Source of the DNA: a virus
Strand: one strand, 5' to 3'
IMG/VR virus record: IMGVR_UViG_3300019752_000004
Coordinates: 18,850 to 82,849 of that record
Length of the DNA stretch: 64,000 nt
The position numbers were made by a program, and so were the translations under genes. Below the pieces are notes generated by a model, which was given only the letters and a program-made list of their open reading frames with translations, was not told the DNA's origin and searched no databases. Of this stretch, positions 19,094-28,144 are shown piece by piece (the stretch's first letter is position 1; each line of letters opens with the position of its first letter).

Positions 19094-21741
19094 TATACTA
19101 TTACTCCATTGTCTGAAAATGCTAACCAGTTTGTACCATTACTATATGCTGGTTTAAGATCACCGCTATCTATAATCATAATGATACTCCCATTATTTGA
19201 TGTTGCTGATGGAAAATTTGCATCAGTCGTGTCTATTGGTGTTAGTGTCAAAAGTTTTCCTGCATCTACAGTTACATCATCATTAAAACTTGATGTTGAA
19301 TTTGCTGTGAGCGTTCCGTTCAAAGTGGTTCCATTAGTGACTGTGACAGTATCTTTTAATTCTACGTCATCATTAAAACTAGCGGTTCCACTGACTTCCA
19401 GTCCAGCATTAGCATTTACTTTAGATTCAGCTTGTAAAGCAACTCTAGCTGATGTGATTGATCCGAGTGTTACTATGGGTCCAGTATTGCCGCCTATAGT
19501 AGCCAATCTAACTACTGTACTACTATCATTGACATTATCAAATGCAAATTCTAAAGGTGATTTAGTAATTTCAATCTTAGCAGCATTTGCTGTATCAGAT
19601 GTCGTTAATCCTGTATTTGTTAATGTGCCACCATCAACACTGTCACCACTTGTTAAAACTAGATTCCAATCACTACCGTCCCATCTGTATGTTAGGTCTG
19701 CGTCTGTATCAAACCATATATCACCTTCAACTAGTGTGATAGTCGGGTCATTCTGTGGGTCTGTAGTTCTAAAGTATGATGTAGATTTACCATTGTCCAA
19801 ATCATTGAGGTTAGCAAGTATTGGACCAATATCACTATTATCAATAACCCATTGACCGTTATTGCGTATATACAAACGGTTTTCGTCGCTGGTATCAACC
19901 CAGTAATCACCTTGATCCCCTATAGGCGGCTCAGTAGATGAGTAGAATACCTGCACGTCACCATTTAGTGCTGCAGCGGTTTTACTAAATTCATCTAGTG
20001 CCCTGATACTGTTTTCATATCCCTGTAGTGATTTAGTTGCAACCTCGTTTGCATCCGTATTGCCCACAAGTTTAGTGTCATTAGCAATCTTTCTGATAGT
20101 GATTCCAGTAGCCGCAACCCATACACCAGCTTTATAGATCATAGGGTCATCAAGAGATTCAGGAAACCAGATGTCATTCGTTTGCGGTTCATTTGGTTCA
20201 ACCGCACTTGTAAAAACCTGTTTTGTTCCACCACCTACAGCACCAATGTCTGTAATTGCAAATGAAATAGTAGGGTTATCATCCTGTATCCAACCATCTA
20301 CAGTTCTTTTGTACTGCACAAAATTAGCTTGATCAGCCGTGTCAACCCATATTTGACCAATTGATGGATTTACTGGTTCGCCGTCCTGAATTGACAATGT
20401 TGTAGGTGCACTACTTCGTAACAGCGCATTATCAATACCAGATGTAATAGCAGATGCTGGACTACCACCTAATTGACTTGCATTGGTAGCAAATTGAGAA
20501 TTTTGAATCCAACCCTGTGCGACACCACCTACACTGAGTTGACCTATGAATGTTGGTCCTATAAAACCAACAGATTCAGCTTCCACTTCAAAAGATTTAG
20601 ATTTAATATTATATCTGTTTTCTACTGTTGTGAAATAATTTAGACCCACATATTGATGTTTAACCATCTTGGCAATTGACACCATATCAAGTACAGATTT
20701 AACTGTTAGTGTCCCATCATCTGCAAATTCCTGATAACTACCTGTTCTGTGCTGGTGATTGATGCGTGTGTTATTAGGTGTGTCATCAATCTCAATTAGA
20801 TGACCAGACATAGATTGAAAAACTCTGTTGAAAGGATAATCTGATGGTCCTACTGTTTTTTCACTAAATCCACTCTGATCAATCTCCTTATCATAGTTAA
20901 CAAGTGCATCCTCTTGTCTAGGGAATCTGAGTGATAATACACGACTTCTATCAAATCTTCTTACATTTACTGCATCACTCTGATTGCCGCCTAATATCCA
21001 TACACTGTTTTCATCCCATTTTGTCAGGAACCCTACGTGACCTTGCCAAGTCGTGTTACCTCGTGTAATGACTATAATAGCACCGAACACATAATCAGAT
21101 TCGGCACCCCATTCAACCCATGAACGTGCAGCTGCACTACGTGTGCCCTGAATAGGTGTCTTACTGTTTCGCATAACCCAGTTTACGAATGCTGAACACC
21201 AAGGTGTATTATCATCACTAGCATTTAACAATGTCTCATCATGATATCTTAGAATCTGTGGATTGCTGCCATTGACAAATTCTTTTACACCACGTTGTGA
21301 ATATGCCACATTCATCCAGTCGCTTGGATCAATTTCCACTTCATCCAATTCAACTGTATTTGATTCAACTGATGTCTGGTCTTCATTACGTCTACGCTGT
21401 GAATCAATAATTTCACCACGTGCACGTGCATTTACATCATGTTCACCTGTAGTCTGATTAAAACCATGATAAACAGCTAATACCACTGGTTCCTGTTTAT
21501 CATCACCATCTTTAAAAAAGCATATTACTGTACTACCCACTACAATGCCATTAGGGGACCAACCAAGCCCCCTGAATCCAGCATTATTAGGTGATATACA
21601 CACTGTAGACCATCTAAGAGCCTCTGTAGGTATATCACTTCTACTCTGTGAGTGTACACCATATACGCGCACACGAACCCTACCAGCCTGTAGTGGGTCA
21701 TCTACGTCTTCTACTATACCGAAGTACAAATAATCTATCAT
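19093..21741 (-). CDS. 5: Baseplate central spike gp5: OB-fold + TIGR02594/CHAP-like hydrolase + long C-terminal fibre-like extension
   Basis: GIVEDVDDPLQAGRVRVRVYGVH; PWCSAFVNW/GHVGF/LGGNQ; YPFNRV..SGHLIEIDDTP; repeated GxIWxDT units. Confidence 0.9.
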   Translation of the reverse strand: MIDYLYFGIVEDVDDPLQAGRVRVRVYGVHSQSRSDIPTEALRWSTVCISPNNAGFRGLGWSPNGIVVGSTVICFFKDGDDKQEPVVLAVYHGFNQTTGEHDVNARARGEIIDSQRRRNEDQTSVESNTVELDEVEIDPSDWMNVAYSQRGVKEFVNGSNPQILRYHDETLLNASDDNTPWCSAFVNWVMRNSKTPIQGTRSAAARSWVEWGAESDYVFGAIIVITRGNTTWQGHVGFLTKWDENSVWILGGNQSDAVNVRRFDRSRVLSLRFPRQEDALVNYDKEIDQSGFSEKTVGPSDYPFNRVFQSMSGHLIEIDDTPNNTRINHQHRTGSYQEFADDGTLTVKSVLDMVSIAKMVKHQYVGLNYFTTVENRYNIKSKSFEVEAESVGFIGPTFIGQLSVGGVAQGWIQNSQFATNASQLGGSPASAITSGIDNALLRSSAPTTLSIQDGEPVNPSIGQIWVDTADQANFVQYKRTVDGWIQDDNPTISFAITDIGAVGGGTKQVFTSAVEPNEPQTNDIWFPESLDDPMIYKAGVWVAATGITIRKIANDTKLVGNTDANEVATKSLQGYENSIRALDEFSKTAAALNGDVQVFYSSTEPPIGDQGDYWVDTSDENRLYIRNNGQWVIDNSDIGPILANLNDLDNGKSTSYFRTTDPQNDPTITLVEGDIWFDTDADLTYRWDGSDWNLVLTSGDSVDGGTLTNTGLTTSDTANAAKIEITKSPLEFAFDNVNDSSTVVRLATIGGNTGPIVTLGSITSARVALQAESKVNANAGLEVSGTASFNDDVELKDTVTVTNGTTLNGTLTANSTSSFNDDVTVDAGKLLTLTPIDTTDANFPSATSNNGSIIMIIDSGDLKPAYSNGTNWLAFSDNGVIV

Positions 21742-21758
21742 ACGTTTTCCTTAAATCA

Positions 21759-21938
21759 TTATTTATTTTGAATATTGTCATATTCTTCTTTCAGACGCTG
21801 ATATAATAATTTTTGATGAACATCGAAATGCCACGGCAACATATTATTATATTCTGTTAGTGTGAAATTGTGACGGATCATAATCTGTGAATTTTTAAAA
21901 TAATCAATCAGTGTCTTACCTTCAAAAATTATCTGAAA
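21759..21938 (-). CDS. 51: gp51-like C-terminal module, in the -1 frame at the end of gp26
   Basis: FQIIFEGKTLIDYFKNSQIMIRHNFTLTEYNNMLPWHFD.. resembles small gp51-type ORFs (L..YY..N..L..H.YSL.E..NM.PWE); no good start codon or RBS. Confidence 0.65.
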   Translation of the reverse strand, partial: FQIIFEGKTLIDYFKNSQIMIRHNFTLTEYNNMLPWHFDVHQKLLYQRLKEEYDNIQNK

Positions 21939-22633
21939 ACCTGTGTGAATTTATCCAGTTTGATTGTGTGTTCGTGTCCACAATTAGGACATACGAATTT
22001 AGTTTCATAGTAAATATGAGGCATTTTTGATACAAATTTCTCTACAATCTCTTTTTTCTGAATTACAGTGAGGCTGTTTAGAAATCTAATTTTAGAATCA
22101 TATGTCTCATTCATCATATCATACACTTCATCACTATGAGTAACGTAATCAATACAGGTCAAAAGCATATTGTTTTCAGTGATTTTATCCATATTCATCA
22201 TTTTACCCATTGTAGGATAACCTAATTTGATACTGATACTATCAGATAATTTAATTACATCATCACCTGATTCATATTCTTTGATGACAAAATCACCGAT
22301 TTTAATATTGCATTCAATTGTTTCATTGCATGGTTGACCATCTACATCATTTTTACATCTATATGGCGCACGAATGACTTCACCAATACTGATTTCTCTA
22401 ATTTTTAGAAACAAATATTCTAGTGCGAATAATGGAATTGAATCTACATCAAAATCTTTTTCAATCACACATTCTTTAGTAATCTGTCTGACTGCATTCA
22501 TTTGATCTTTAAATTCACCATCCTGTGCCTGTAGAAAGATTGATTCCTGTCCTACAGTGAATCCAGAATAGTTAATTTTACCAATATATTTGTTGTTTAA
22601 TAATTTAGTTTGTTTTGGAAGAGTTGGTAACAT
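21929..22633 (-). CDS. 26: Baseplate hub assembly protein gp26 (gp26/gp51 family)
   Basis: MLPTL, FTVGQE, LEYLFLKIREISIGE, KLGYPT, CPNCG; late promoter CATAAATA and AAGGAG upstream. Confidence 0.85.
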   Translation of the reverse strand: MLPTLPKQTKLLNNKYIGKINYSGFTVGQESIFLQAQDGEFKDQMNAVRQITKECVIEKDFDVDSIPLFALEYLFLKIREISIGEVIRAPYRCKNDVDGQPCNETIECNIKIGDFVIKEYESGDDVIKLSDSISIKLGYPTMGKMMNMDKITENNMLLTCIDYVTHSDEVYDMMNETYDSKIRFLNSLTVIQKKEIVEKFVSKMPHIYYETKFVCPNCGHEHTIKLDKFTQVFR

Positions 22634-22701
22634 ATATTATCTCCTTTATCGTATTTATGTCTAGAAAACGAACACTAAATACCTACAAACGAAAAGGAGA
22701 A

Positions 22702-23091
22702 ATGAGAATGAAAATTAGTAAAAAATCTCATGAAATTATTAGATATTGTAAAGAACAGTTCAATGAAATGGAAATTGAACATAGTGACAACAGTGTATAT
22801 GAATTATTGATTGGTCCAGAGAATACATTCCTTATCACGTTGTCTAAAGACACAGCATACATCTCATTCAGCCTGAAATGCGATCCTAGCTTCTCTGCTG
22901 TCATAGGTAATATGCTGTGTCCAAAATTTAATTTAAACATCACAGAACCCCATATAACGACAAAAACTGGTATGGTGGCTTATGGTAGAGATGCTTATAC
23001 TGAATTAAATGTAATGAGAGCTGATGAATATAATGAAGCTGTGAAAACTTTAATTCAGAATCAAATTATTGAAAATGCGATGGAGAAATAA
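22702..23091 (+). CDS. hypothetical protein
   Basis: AAGGAG RBS; CTAAATA late-like box upstream, divergent from gp26. Confidence 0.65.
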   Translation: MRMKISKKSHEIIRYCKEQFNEMEIEHSDNSVYELLIGPENTFLITLSKDTAYISFSLKCDPSFSAVIGNMLCPKFNLNITEPHITTKTGMVAYGRDAYTELNVMRADEYNEAVKTLIQNQIIENAMEK

Positions 23092-23250
23092 ATGGAAACT
23101 GAAACTACATATTTTAAAATGGAATGCAGGGCTTGCAGACAACATTATTTTCTGGTATATGAATGTGATGAAGATGAACATGATGATAATAAATCTATTT
23201 GTTGTCCATTTTGTAAATCAGAAGCTATTGAAACACTGGTTGAAGAATAA
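23092..23250 (+). CDS. small zinc-ribbon protein (52 aa, not in the ORF track)
   Basis: METETTYFKMECRAC...CCPFCKS; GGAG RBS; coupled to RuvC. Confidence 0.7.
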   Translation: METETTYFKMECRACRQHYFLVYECDEDEHDDNKSICCPFCKSEAIETLVEE

Positions 23251-23816
23251 TGATTGTAGCAGGTATAGATTATAGTATGAGTAGTCCAGCTATTTGTATT
23301 ATAGACACTGAAAAACAATCATTTGATGATTTTAAATTCTACAATACTATTAAAGGTAAAAAATATTCTGGTATATATAATAATATTAGGATAGATGAGA
23401 CACCAGCTAATAAAACATTTCTAAATGACATTGAAAGATATAGTTATCTAGCTAAATGGACTGTCAACATTTTAAATAAAAATAATGTTGACAAGGTTAT
23501 ATTAGAAGGTTATGCTATGAACGTAGTGAATAAAGGTCTTATATTTAATATTGCAGAGAATACAGCTATATTAAAGTATATGTTATTATTAAATGGTTAT
23601 GATAATATTTACACACCTGCACCAAAAGAAGTAAAAAAGTTCTTTACAGGAAGAGGTAATGCTGATAAACATGAGTGTATAGAAACCTTTGAAACTAAAC
23701 ATCATGTCACTATGCGTAAACTATTAGGTATTACTAAGAAAGACCCTAAACCGATTGATGATCTAGTAGATGCGTCTGCAATTGCCGAATACGGCATAAC
23801 TCTAACAGGAGAATGA
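23250..23816 (+). CDS. RuvC-like Holliday junction resolvase
   Basis: GIDYSMSSPAIC, ILEGYA, VKKFFTGRGNADK, IDDLVDA. Confidence 0.88.
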   Translation: MIVAGIDYSMSSPAICIIDTEKQSFDDFKFYNTIKGKKYSGIYNNIRIDETPANKTFLNDIERYSYLAKWTVNILNKNNVDKVILEGYAMNVVNKGLIFNIAENTAILKYMLLLNGYDNIYTPAPKEVKKFFTGRGNADKHECIETFETKHHVTMRKLLGITKKDPKPIDDLVDASAIAEYGITLTGE

Positions 23817-24308
23817 ATGGATAAATTTGCACTTGACAAGAATTTCATTTTACAGTATTATAAAAATGATCCAGCTTTTCTAGTACGTATATTAGAATAT
23901 AAAGTTGATTTCCGTGACATCATGAATGTCATTCTGGAACAGGATACTATTGAAGAACAGATTGAGATTATGAAAATCTGTAATGTGTCGCCACTGTTCC
24001 GTAAACTTACAAAGTCCATCCTACCGAGAAAGAATTTTCTCGTCAAAACCAAGAATATGAAAGATGATTTCGTATTCGACACCCAACAGCATACTACATG
24101 GTATGCACTTGCACGTGATATTCATCTGTATGAAGATATTGGTGAATATAGCGTAGAACAATCACAAAATCATTTACATGAAAAACTTACCGCTATGGGC
24201 GAGTATGAAGGTAATTACATACTGGGATTTATCCTAGGGGAACAATCAGACACACGCATCACAGATCAACTACTGATTGAGTGTGGTGTCATAGACCCTT
24301 GGGAGTAA
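23817..24308 (+). CDS. hypothetical protein
   Basis: AGGAG RBS; coupled ORF. Confidence 0.65.
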   Translation: MDKFALDKNFILQYYKNDPAFLVRILEYKVDFRDIMNVILEQDTIEEQIEIMKICNVSPLFRKLTKSILPRKNFLVKTKNMKDDFVFDTQQHTTWYALARDIHLYEDIGEYSVEQSQNHLHEKLTAMGEYEGNYILGFILGEQSDTRITDQLLIECGVIDPWE

Positions 24309-24314
24309 TAGTAT

Positions 24315-24557
24315 ATGCCTTTATATGAAGCTTATTGTCCATGTGGGAACACAGAGGATTTCTTTTCTAGTGTGACCGAACGTCATGCAGATGCAGAGTC
24401 ACTTGTGTGTTCTGACTGTGGTAAAAACATGTTATTAGGTTGTGGAAACGCTGCTATTATCGCTGGTGTAGCAAGCGCATATAGCAAGACTCCACAGGAT
24501 TTTCGTGATCTTATGAAGAAGATAAATAAAGACCATAGGGGGTGTATGGACCTATGA
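24315..24557 (+). CDS. FmdB-family zinc-ribbon protein
   Basis: MPLYEAYCPCG...CSDCG...FRDLMKKI. Confidence 0.8.
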   Translation: MPLYEAYCPCGNTEDFFSSVTERHADAESLVCSDCGKNMLLGCGNAAIIAGVASAYSKTPQDFRDLMKKINKDHRGCMDL

Positions 24558-24784
24558 TTAAATCAGCAGATGAAATATCAAGAGAAATAATTCTGTTATC
24601 ACAGGATTCTGGCGATTCAGTTTTCAGTTGCGTCATTGATGTTTTTGAAAAATATCAGATTGATCATATTGATGCACTCAAATTTTTGACACCTCAAATT
24701 CTGTCTGTGTTGGAAAACGAGTGTGCTGAAAAACGTATGATTGATGCAACCCCTGTAAAGTCTTTATTCGAGATGTTAAAATGA
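24554..24784 (+). CDS. 33: Late-transcription coactivator gp33
   Basis: S..I......S...CVID..EK..ID....KFLTPQI...LENE pattern; position between FmdB and gp32. Confidence 0.75.
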   Translation: MIKSADEISREIILLSQDSGDSVFSCVIDVFEKYQIDHIDALKFLTPQILSVLENECAEKRMIDATPVKSLFEMLK

Positions 24785-24978
24785 AATATTTAATACGTAA
24801 TTATTTTAGTGAAAAGTTTCCTAATTATGATTGTGTAGAAGATAATGAAATACAGTGTGGTGTAACAGAAACCATACAAATTCCGTCTAGCAAAAACTAT
24901 ATTACAGTGTTGTACTGTGTGTGTAGTAAAACTATTAGTTACAAAATAATTCAAAACAAGCAAAAACTATGGCTATAA
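24781..24978 (+). CDS. hypothetical protein
   Basis: short coupled ORF. Confidence 0.4.
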   Translation: MKYLIRNYFSEKFPNYDCVEDNEIQCGVTETIQIPSSKNYITVLYCVCSKTISYKIIQNKQKLWL

Positions 24979-25006
24979 GCCAAATGTAAGCAAAAAAGGA
25001 AAACTT

Positions 25007-26002
25007 ATGAACTTGAACAAATTGAGAACAATGCAGGGCAAAGGTACAGACGCACTTAAAAAACGTTTGGAAAAGGACGGTCAAAGTGGTGGATTTAAAA
25101 AGGATGAACGCATCTGGAAACAGAGTCCTAATAGCAAAAATATCTGCGAATGTCGTATCAGACTTCTGCCTATCCCTGCTGTAGATTTTAAGGGTGTAGA
25201 AGAAGGTAAATGGGAAGAAGATGATTTGACACCAGCAGCAAAGATTCAATCTGTATTCTTTCGCTCAAGCTCTAATCAGGTGTATGCTGAGAATTCTTTG
25301 CAGACGTTCGGTGAAGATGATCCTGTACGTGACATGGATGGACCTAACTGGGCTATCGCCAATGAAAATGATGATGAAGTGTTGAAAAAGATTTTGCGTA
25401 GAAGACTTCCACAGCACAAATTTTATGCAAATGCTTTGATCATCAATGATAGCACAAATCCAGAAAATAATGGTCAGGTTCGTCTTTTTGAATTCGGTAA
25501 GGCTATTTACAAAATCATTGAAGAAGCCAAAGAACCTGAATTTGCAGATCAGGAACCTATTGATGCCTTTTGTCCCTTTACTGGTGCAGACCTCATTCTT
25601 AATATTAAATATGAGAATCGAAAATTTAATGGTAACGATTGTAAGGTACCAAAGGATTTTGCTAACGTTAAATTTGATACACCTAAACCATTGTGCGATG
25701 GAGATGAAGAAGCTATTAAAGAGCTTTGGGAAAAATCATATTCTATCATGGAATTTTATGACCGTAAAAACTTTAAAACCTATGACGAACTTAAAAAACG
25801 TCTGATGAAAGTAATGGATTTGGATGAAGATTTGAAACCTAAAGGACTCGCATCTAAATCTACTGGTTCTAGTCTTGAAAATGATGTCAAGGAACGTCCT
25901 GCACAGGTATCTAAACCTAATGATAATGAAGCAGTCAATGAAACTCCTGTAGAACATACAGAAGATAATCTTGATGATAGGCTTGAAAAACTGTTAGGAT
26001 AG
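25007..26002 (+). CDS. 32: Single-stranded DNA-binding protein gp32
   Basis: KDERIW, IRLLP, ENSLQTFGEDDPV, INDSTNPENNGQVRLFEFGKAI, FKTYDELKKRL, acidic tail. Confidence 0.93.
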   Translation: MNLNKLRTMQGKGTDALKKRLEKDGQSGGFKKDERIWKQSPNSKNICECRIRLLPIPAVDFKGVEEGKWEEDDLTPAAKIQSVFFRSSSNQVYAENSLQTFGEDDPVRDMDGPNWAIANENDDEVLKKILRRRLPQHKFYANALIINDSTNPENNGQVRLFEFGKAIYKIIEEAKEPEFADQEPIDAFCPFTGADLILNIKYENRKFNGNDCKVPKDFANVKFDTPKPLCDGDEEAIKELWEKSYSIMEFYDRKNFKTYDELKKRLMKVMDLDEDLKPKGLASKSTGSSLENDVKERPAQVSKPNDNEAVNETPVEHTEDNLDDRLEKLLG

Positions 26003-26023
26003 ATTTAGAAATTAATTCATAAA

Positions 26024-26108
26024 AGTTGTTGACAACGTTTTTAAAGGTGTGTATTCCTGTATTTGTGAGCAGGTGATACACACCTTTTACTTTAACAAAA
26101 TGGAGAAC
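26024..26108 (+). repeat. Family A promoter/terminator stem-loop repeat, copy 4
   Basis: TTGACA(26029)-N17-TATTCC; stem 26043-26087; ends TAACAAAATGGAGA like family B. Confidence 0.9.
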
Positions 26109-26111
26109 ATT

Positions 26112-26507
26112 ATGGAACTTGAAGTTGTCATTAACAAATGTTATGGTGGGTTTGGATTGTCTTTGAATGCGGTTGTAAAATACTTAGAATTATGTGACCA
26201 AGATTATTATATATACCATGACAATCATAAGATCGCTGATTTGAGTGGTCATATTGGAAACGATGCAGACATGTACATTGTATGCACAGAGAATCATGGT
26301 GAATATATCTCTAACTCAAAAGTATTATCGGTGGATGTATTCAATTATCATACAATCAAAAGAACTGATAAAAATTTGATACATGTTGTGAGAGAGCTTG
26401 GAGAAATGGCAAATGTCAACGGATCAAATTTAAAAATTGAGTCAATTGAAATTGATTTGGATACTATGATCACTGATCTTGATGGATATGAAAATATTAA
26501 TCTTTAA
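26112..26507 (+). CDS. conserved phage hypothetical protein
   Basis: VINKCYGGFGLS...RTDKNLIHVVRELG..AN...LKI...DGYE. Confidence 0.75.
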   Translation: MELEVVINKCYGGFGLSLNAVVKYLELCDQDYYIYHDNHKIADLSGHIGNDADMYIVCTENHGEYISNSKVLSVDVFNYHTIKRTDKNLIHVVRELGEMANVNGSNLKIESIEIDLDTMITDLDGYENINL

Positions 26508-26560
26508 AAGTGCTGATGAAATTGAACGTGTAACAGCTTTGTACGAAAGTATTTAACATT

Positions 26561-26607
26561 CACCCTGTTTATAAATATCTACATGAGTAGAAAATATAAA
26601 CAGGGTG
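26561..26607 (+). promoter_or_regulatory. Late promoter TATAAATA inside a hairpin that sequesters the gp4 start codon
   Basis: CACCCTGTTTATA(26561-73)/TATAAACAGGGTG(26595-607); TATAAATA 26570-77; ATG 26583 in the inner loop. Confidence 0.75.
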
Positions 26608-27077
26608 TTTTTGTACCTAAGAACCCACAAAAATATAAAGGCAATGTTAATAACATCATATATCGTAGTTCATGGGAACAGATAGCTTTTAGATTCTGCG
26701 ACCAGACTACAGATGTTATATGGTGGCAAAGTGAAGAAACTGTAATCGAATATATTTCACCAGTTGATAATAATTCTCACAGATATTATATGGATATCAC
26801 TATGTGTGTAAGACAAGCATCTGGTAAAGAACAGGTGTTCATGGTCGAAATCAAACCTAAAGAACAGACTGTATTTCCTCAGAGGAAACGGAAAAAAGAG
26901 TTGACATTTCTAAAAGAAGTTGAAACATATAGTATTAACGCAGCAAAATGGAATGCAGCTAAAAAGGTTTGTGAACGACATGGATATAAATTTTTAATCT
27001 GGACACAGGATCATCTATTGCCTAAAAAGCCAGCTAGATTAAAAAGATTTAAAAAACCTGTTGACAAACGAAAATGA
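26583..27077 (+). CDS. 4: Head completion nuclease gp4 (TnsA-like)
   Basis: QGVFVPKNPQKYKGN, IIYRSSWE, WQSEE, HRYYMD, VEIKP, NAAKWNAA. Confidence 0.92.
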   Translation: MSRKYKQGVFVPKNPQKYKGNVNNIIYRSSWEQIAFRFCDQTTDVIWWQSEETVIEYISPVDNNSHRYYMDITMCVRQASGKEQVFMVEIKPKEQTVFPQRKRKKELTFLKEVETYSINAAKWNAAKKVCERHGYKFLIWTQDHLLPKKPARLKRFKKPVDKRK

Positions 27078-27133
27078 GTTGAATATAACTGGATTCATGG
27101 AAGGCAAAGATTTATAAACTTAACAAAATGGAG
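27053..27133 (+). repeat. Family B early promoter/leader repeat (diverged copy)
   Basis: TTGACA(27061)-N17-TATAACT-GGATTCATGGAAGGCAAA...AACTTAACAAAATGGAG. Confidence 0.8.
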
Positions 27134-27139
27134 TTCGTG

Positions 27140-27343
27140 ATGGAAAAGGCATTTATTATTGTACGTGTGGTTGACAATCTCAGATGGAATGAAACAACAA
27201 AATACAACCAGTGTGTTATGTTGGATGAAGAACTTGCCAATAAAAAGTGTGATGAACTGAATACAGAAGCACGGGTGCATAATGCTGGCAATGGTCATGT
27301 TAAAAACAGTTACCGTGTAGAAATCGTTAACGTGGAGAAATAA
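27140..27343 (+). CDS. hypothetical early protein
   Basis: first ORF after a family B leader. Confidence 0.6.
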   Translation: MEKAFIIVRVVDNLRWNETTKYNQCVMLDEELANKKCDELNTEARVHNAGNGHVKNSYRVEIVNVEK

Positions 27344-27344
27344 A

Positions 27345-27590
27345 ATGAAACTGTATGGATTGAGACATAAAGAAACTGGGGTAATCCTCCGTGTTATTAC
27401 ACCACTTCCACAGGACCATTATTTAACAGTTAGACCAATTGGCGGTGTATGGGCTACACCTAACTACGATGATGCACTTTATGTGGCTAATAATGAAAAC
27501 TTAGAATTTGCAGCATGTCCATACAATAGACCACAAAATGGTTATTGTGGTTACCTCGAAGTTGTTGAACTTGAAATCGTGGAGAAATAA
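27345..27590 (+). CDS. hypothetical protein
   Basis: GGAG RBS. Confidence 0.6.
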   Translation: MKLYGLRHKETGVILRVITPLPQDHYLTVRPIGGVWATPNYDDALYVANNENLEFAACPYNRPQNGYCGYLEVVELEIVEK

Positions 27591-27591
27591 A

Positions 27592-27861
27592 ATGGAAGTT
27601 AAATACGCATTGGATAAACGAAATTTCAAAATTATCAGTGGCGAATATCGTGAGGAAACCGTTGGATACGTTAGAGAGTTCTACCTTGGAAAAACTCAGA
27701 TTTATGGTGTGCCTATTTTTGACACAATGGAACAGTTATATGAGCATTATAATACACTTCTGGCATCTGAGAAACACCGTGGTGAACTGATTATAACTGA
27801 AGCAGCGTCTAACATGGTCAAACTTACTAAATTGTGTTTCGGCAATGATTCTGTTCTTTAA
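27592..27861 (+). CDS. hypothetical protein
   Basis: GGAG RBS. Confidence 0.6.
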   Translation: MEVKYALDKRNFKIISGEYREETVGYVREFYLGKTQIYGVPIFDTMEQLYEHYNTLLASEKHRGELIITEAASNMVKLTKLCFGNDSVL

Positions 27862-27905
27862 ACCTCATACAGACCATTATATTGGTCACAATAAAGGATA
27901 TTAAA

Positions 27906-28133
27906 ATGAAACGTAAACTTGAGATTGGTGATTCATTTATTGATAGGTATGAAAATGGTTACATATTCTCTGGCATCGTTGGTGGTAGTGTATGCCTTAC
28001 TATGATGCTTGGAACCGTACCAGTTCCTTTATATTTCAAAGTCAATGAAATGCACTATTACCGTGATGTATTTATTGTAGAGTCTGATACAGTTGATGGT
28101 GAAACATATGTGTATGTAGAGATGCACAAATAA
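27906..28133 (+). CDS. hypothetical protein
   Basis: AAGGA RBS. Confidence 0.6.
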   Translation: MKRKLEIGDSFIDRYENGYIFSGIVGGSVCLTMMLGTVPVPLYFKVNEMHYYRDVFIVESDTVDGETYVYVEMHK

Positions 28134-28144
28134 AGGATATTGAA

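Noticed and set aside
19109-19855. 248-aa ORF antisense to the gp5 C-terminus
   Set aside because: Ser/Val/Leu-rich shadow of a codon-biased gene; no RBS or motif.
23069-23275. 68-aa ORF from the track
   Set aside because: Wrong frame; the RBS-supported gene is the 52-aa zinc ribbon at 23092-23250.
26583-27077. TnsA-like nuclease as a transposon or homing endonuclease
   Set aside because: It matches the gp4 head-completion family and has a late promoter.
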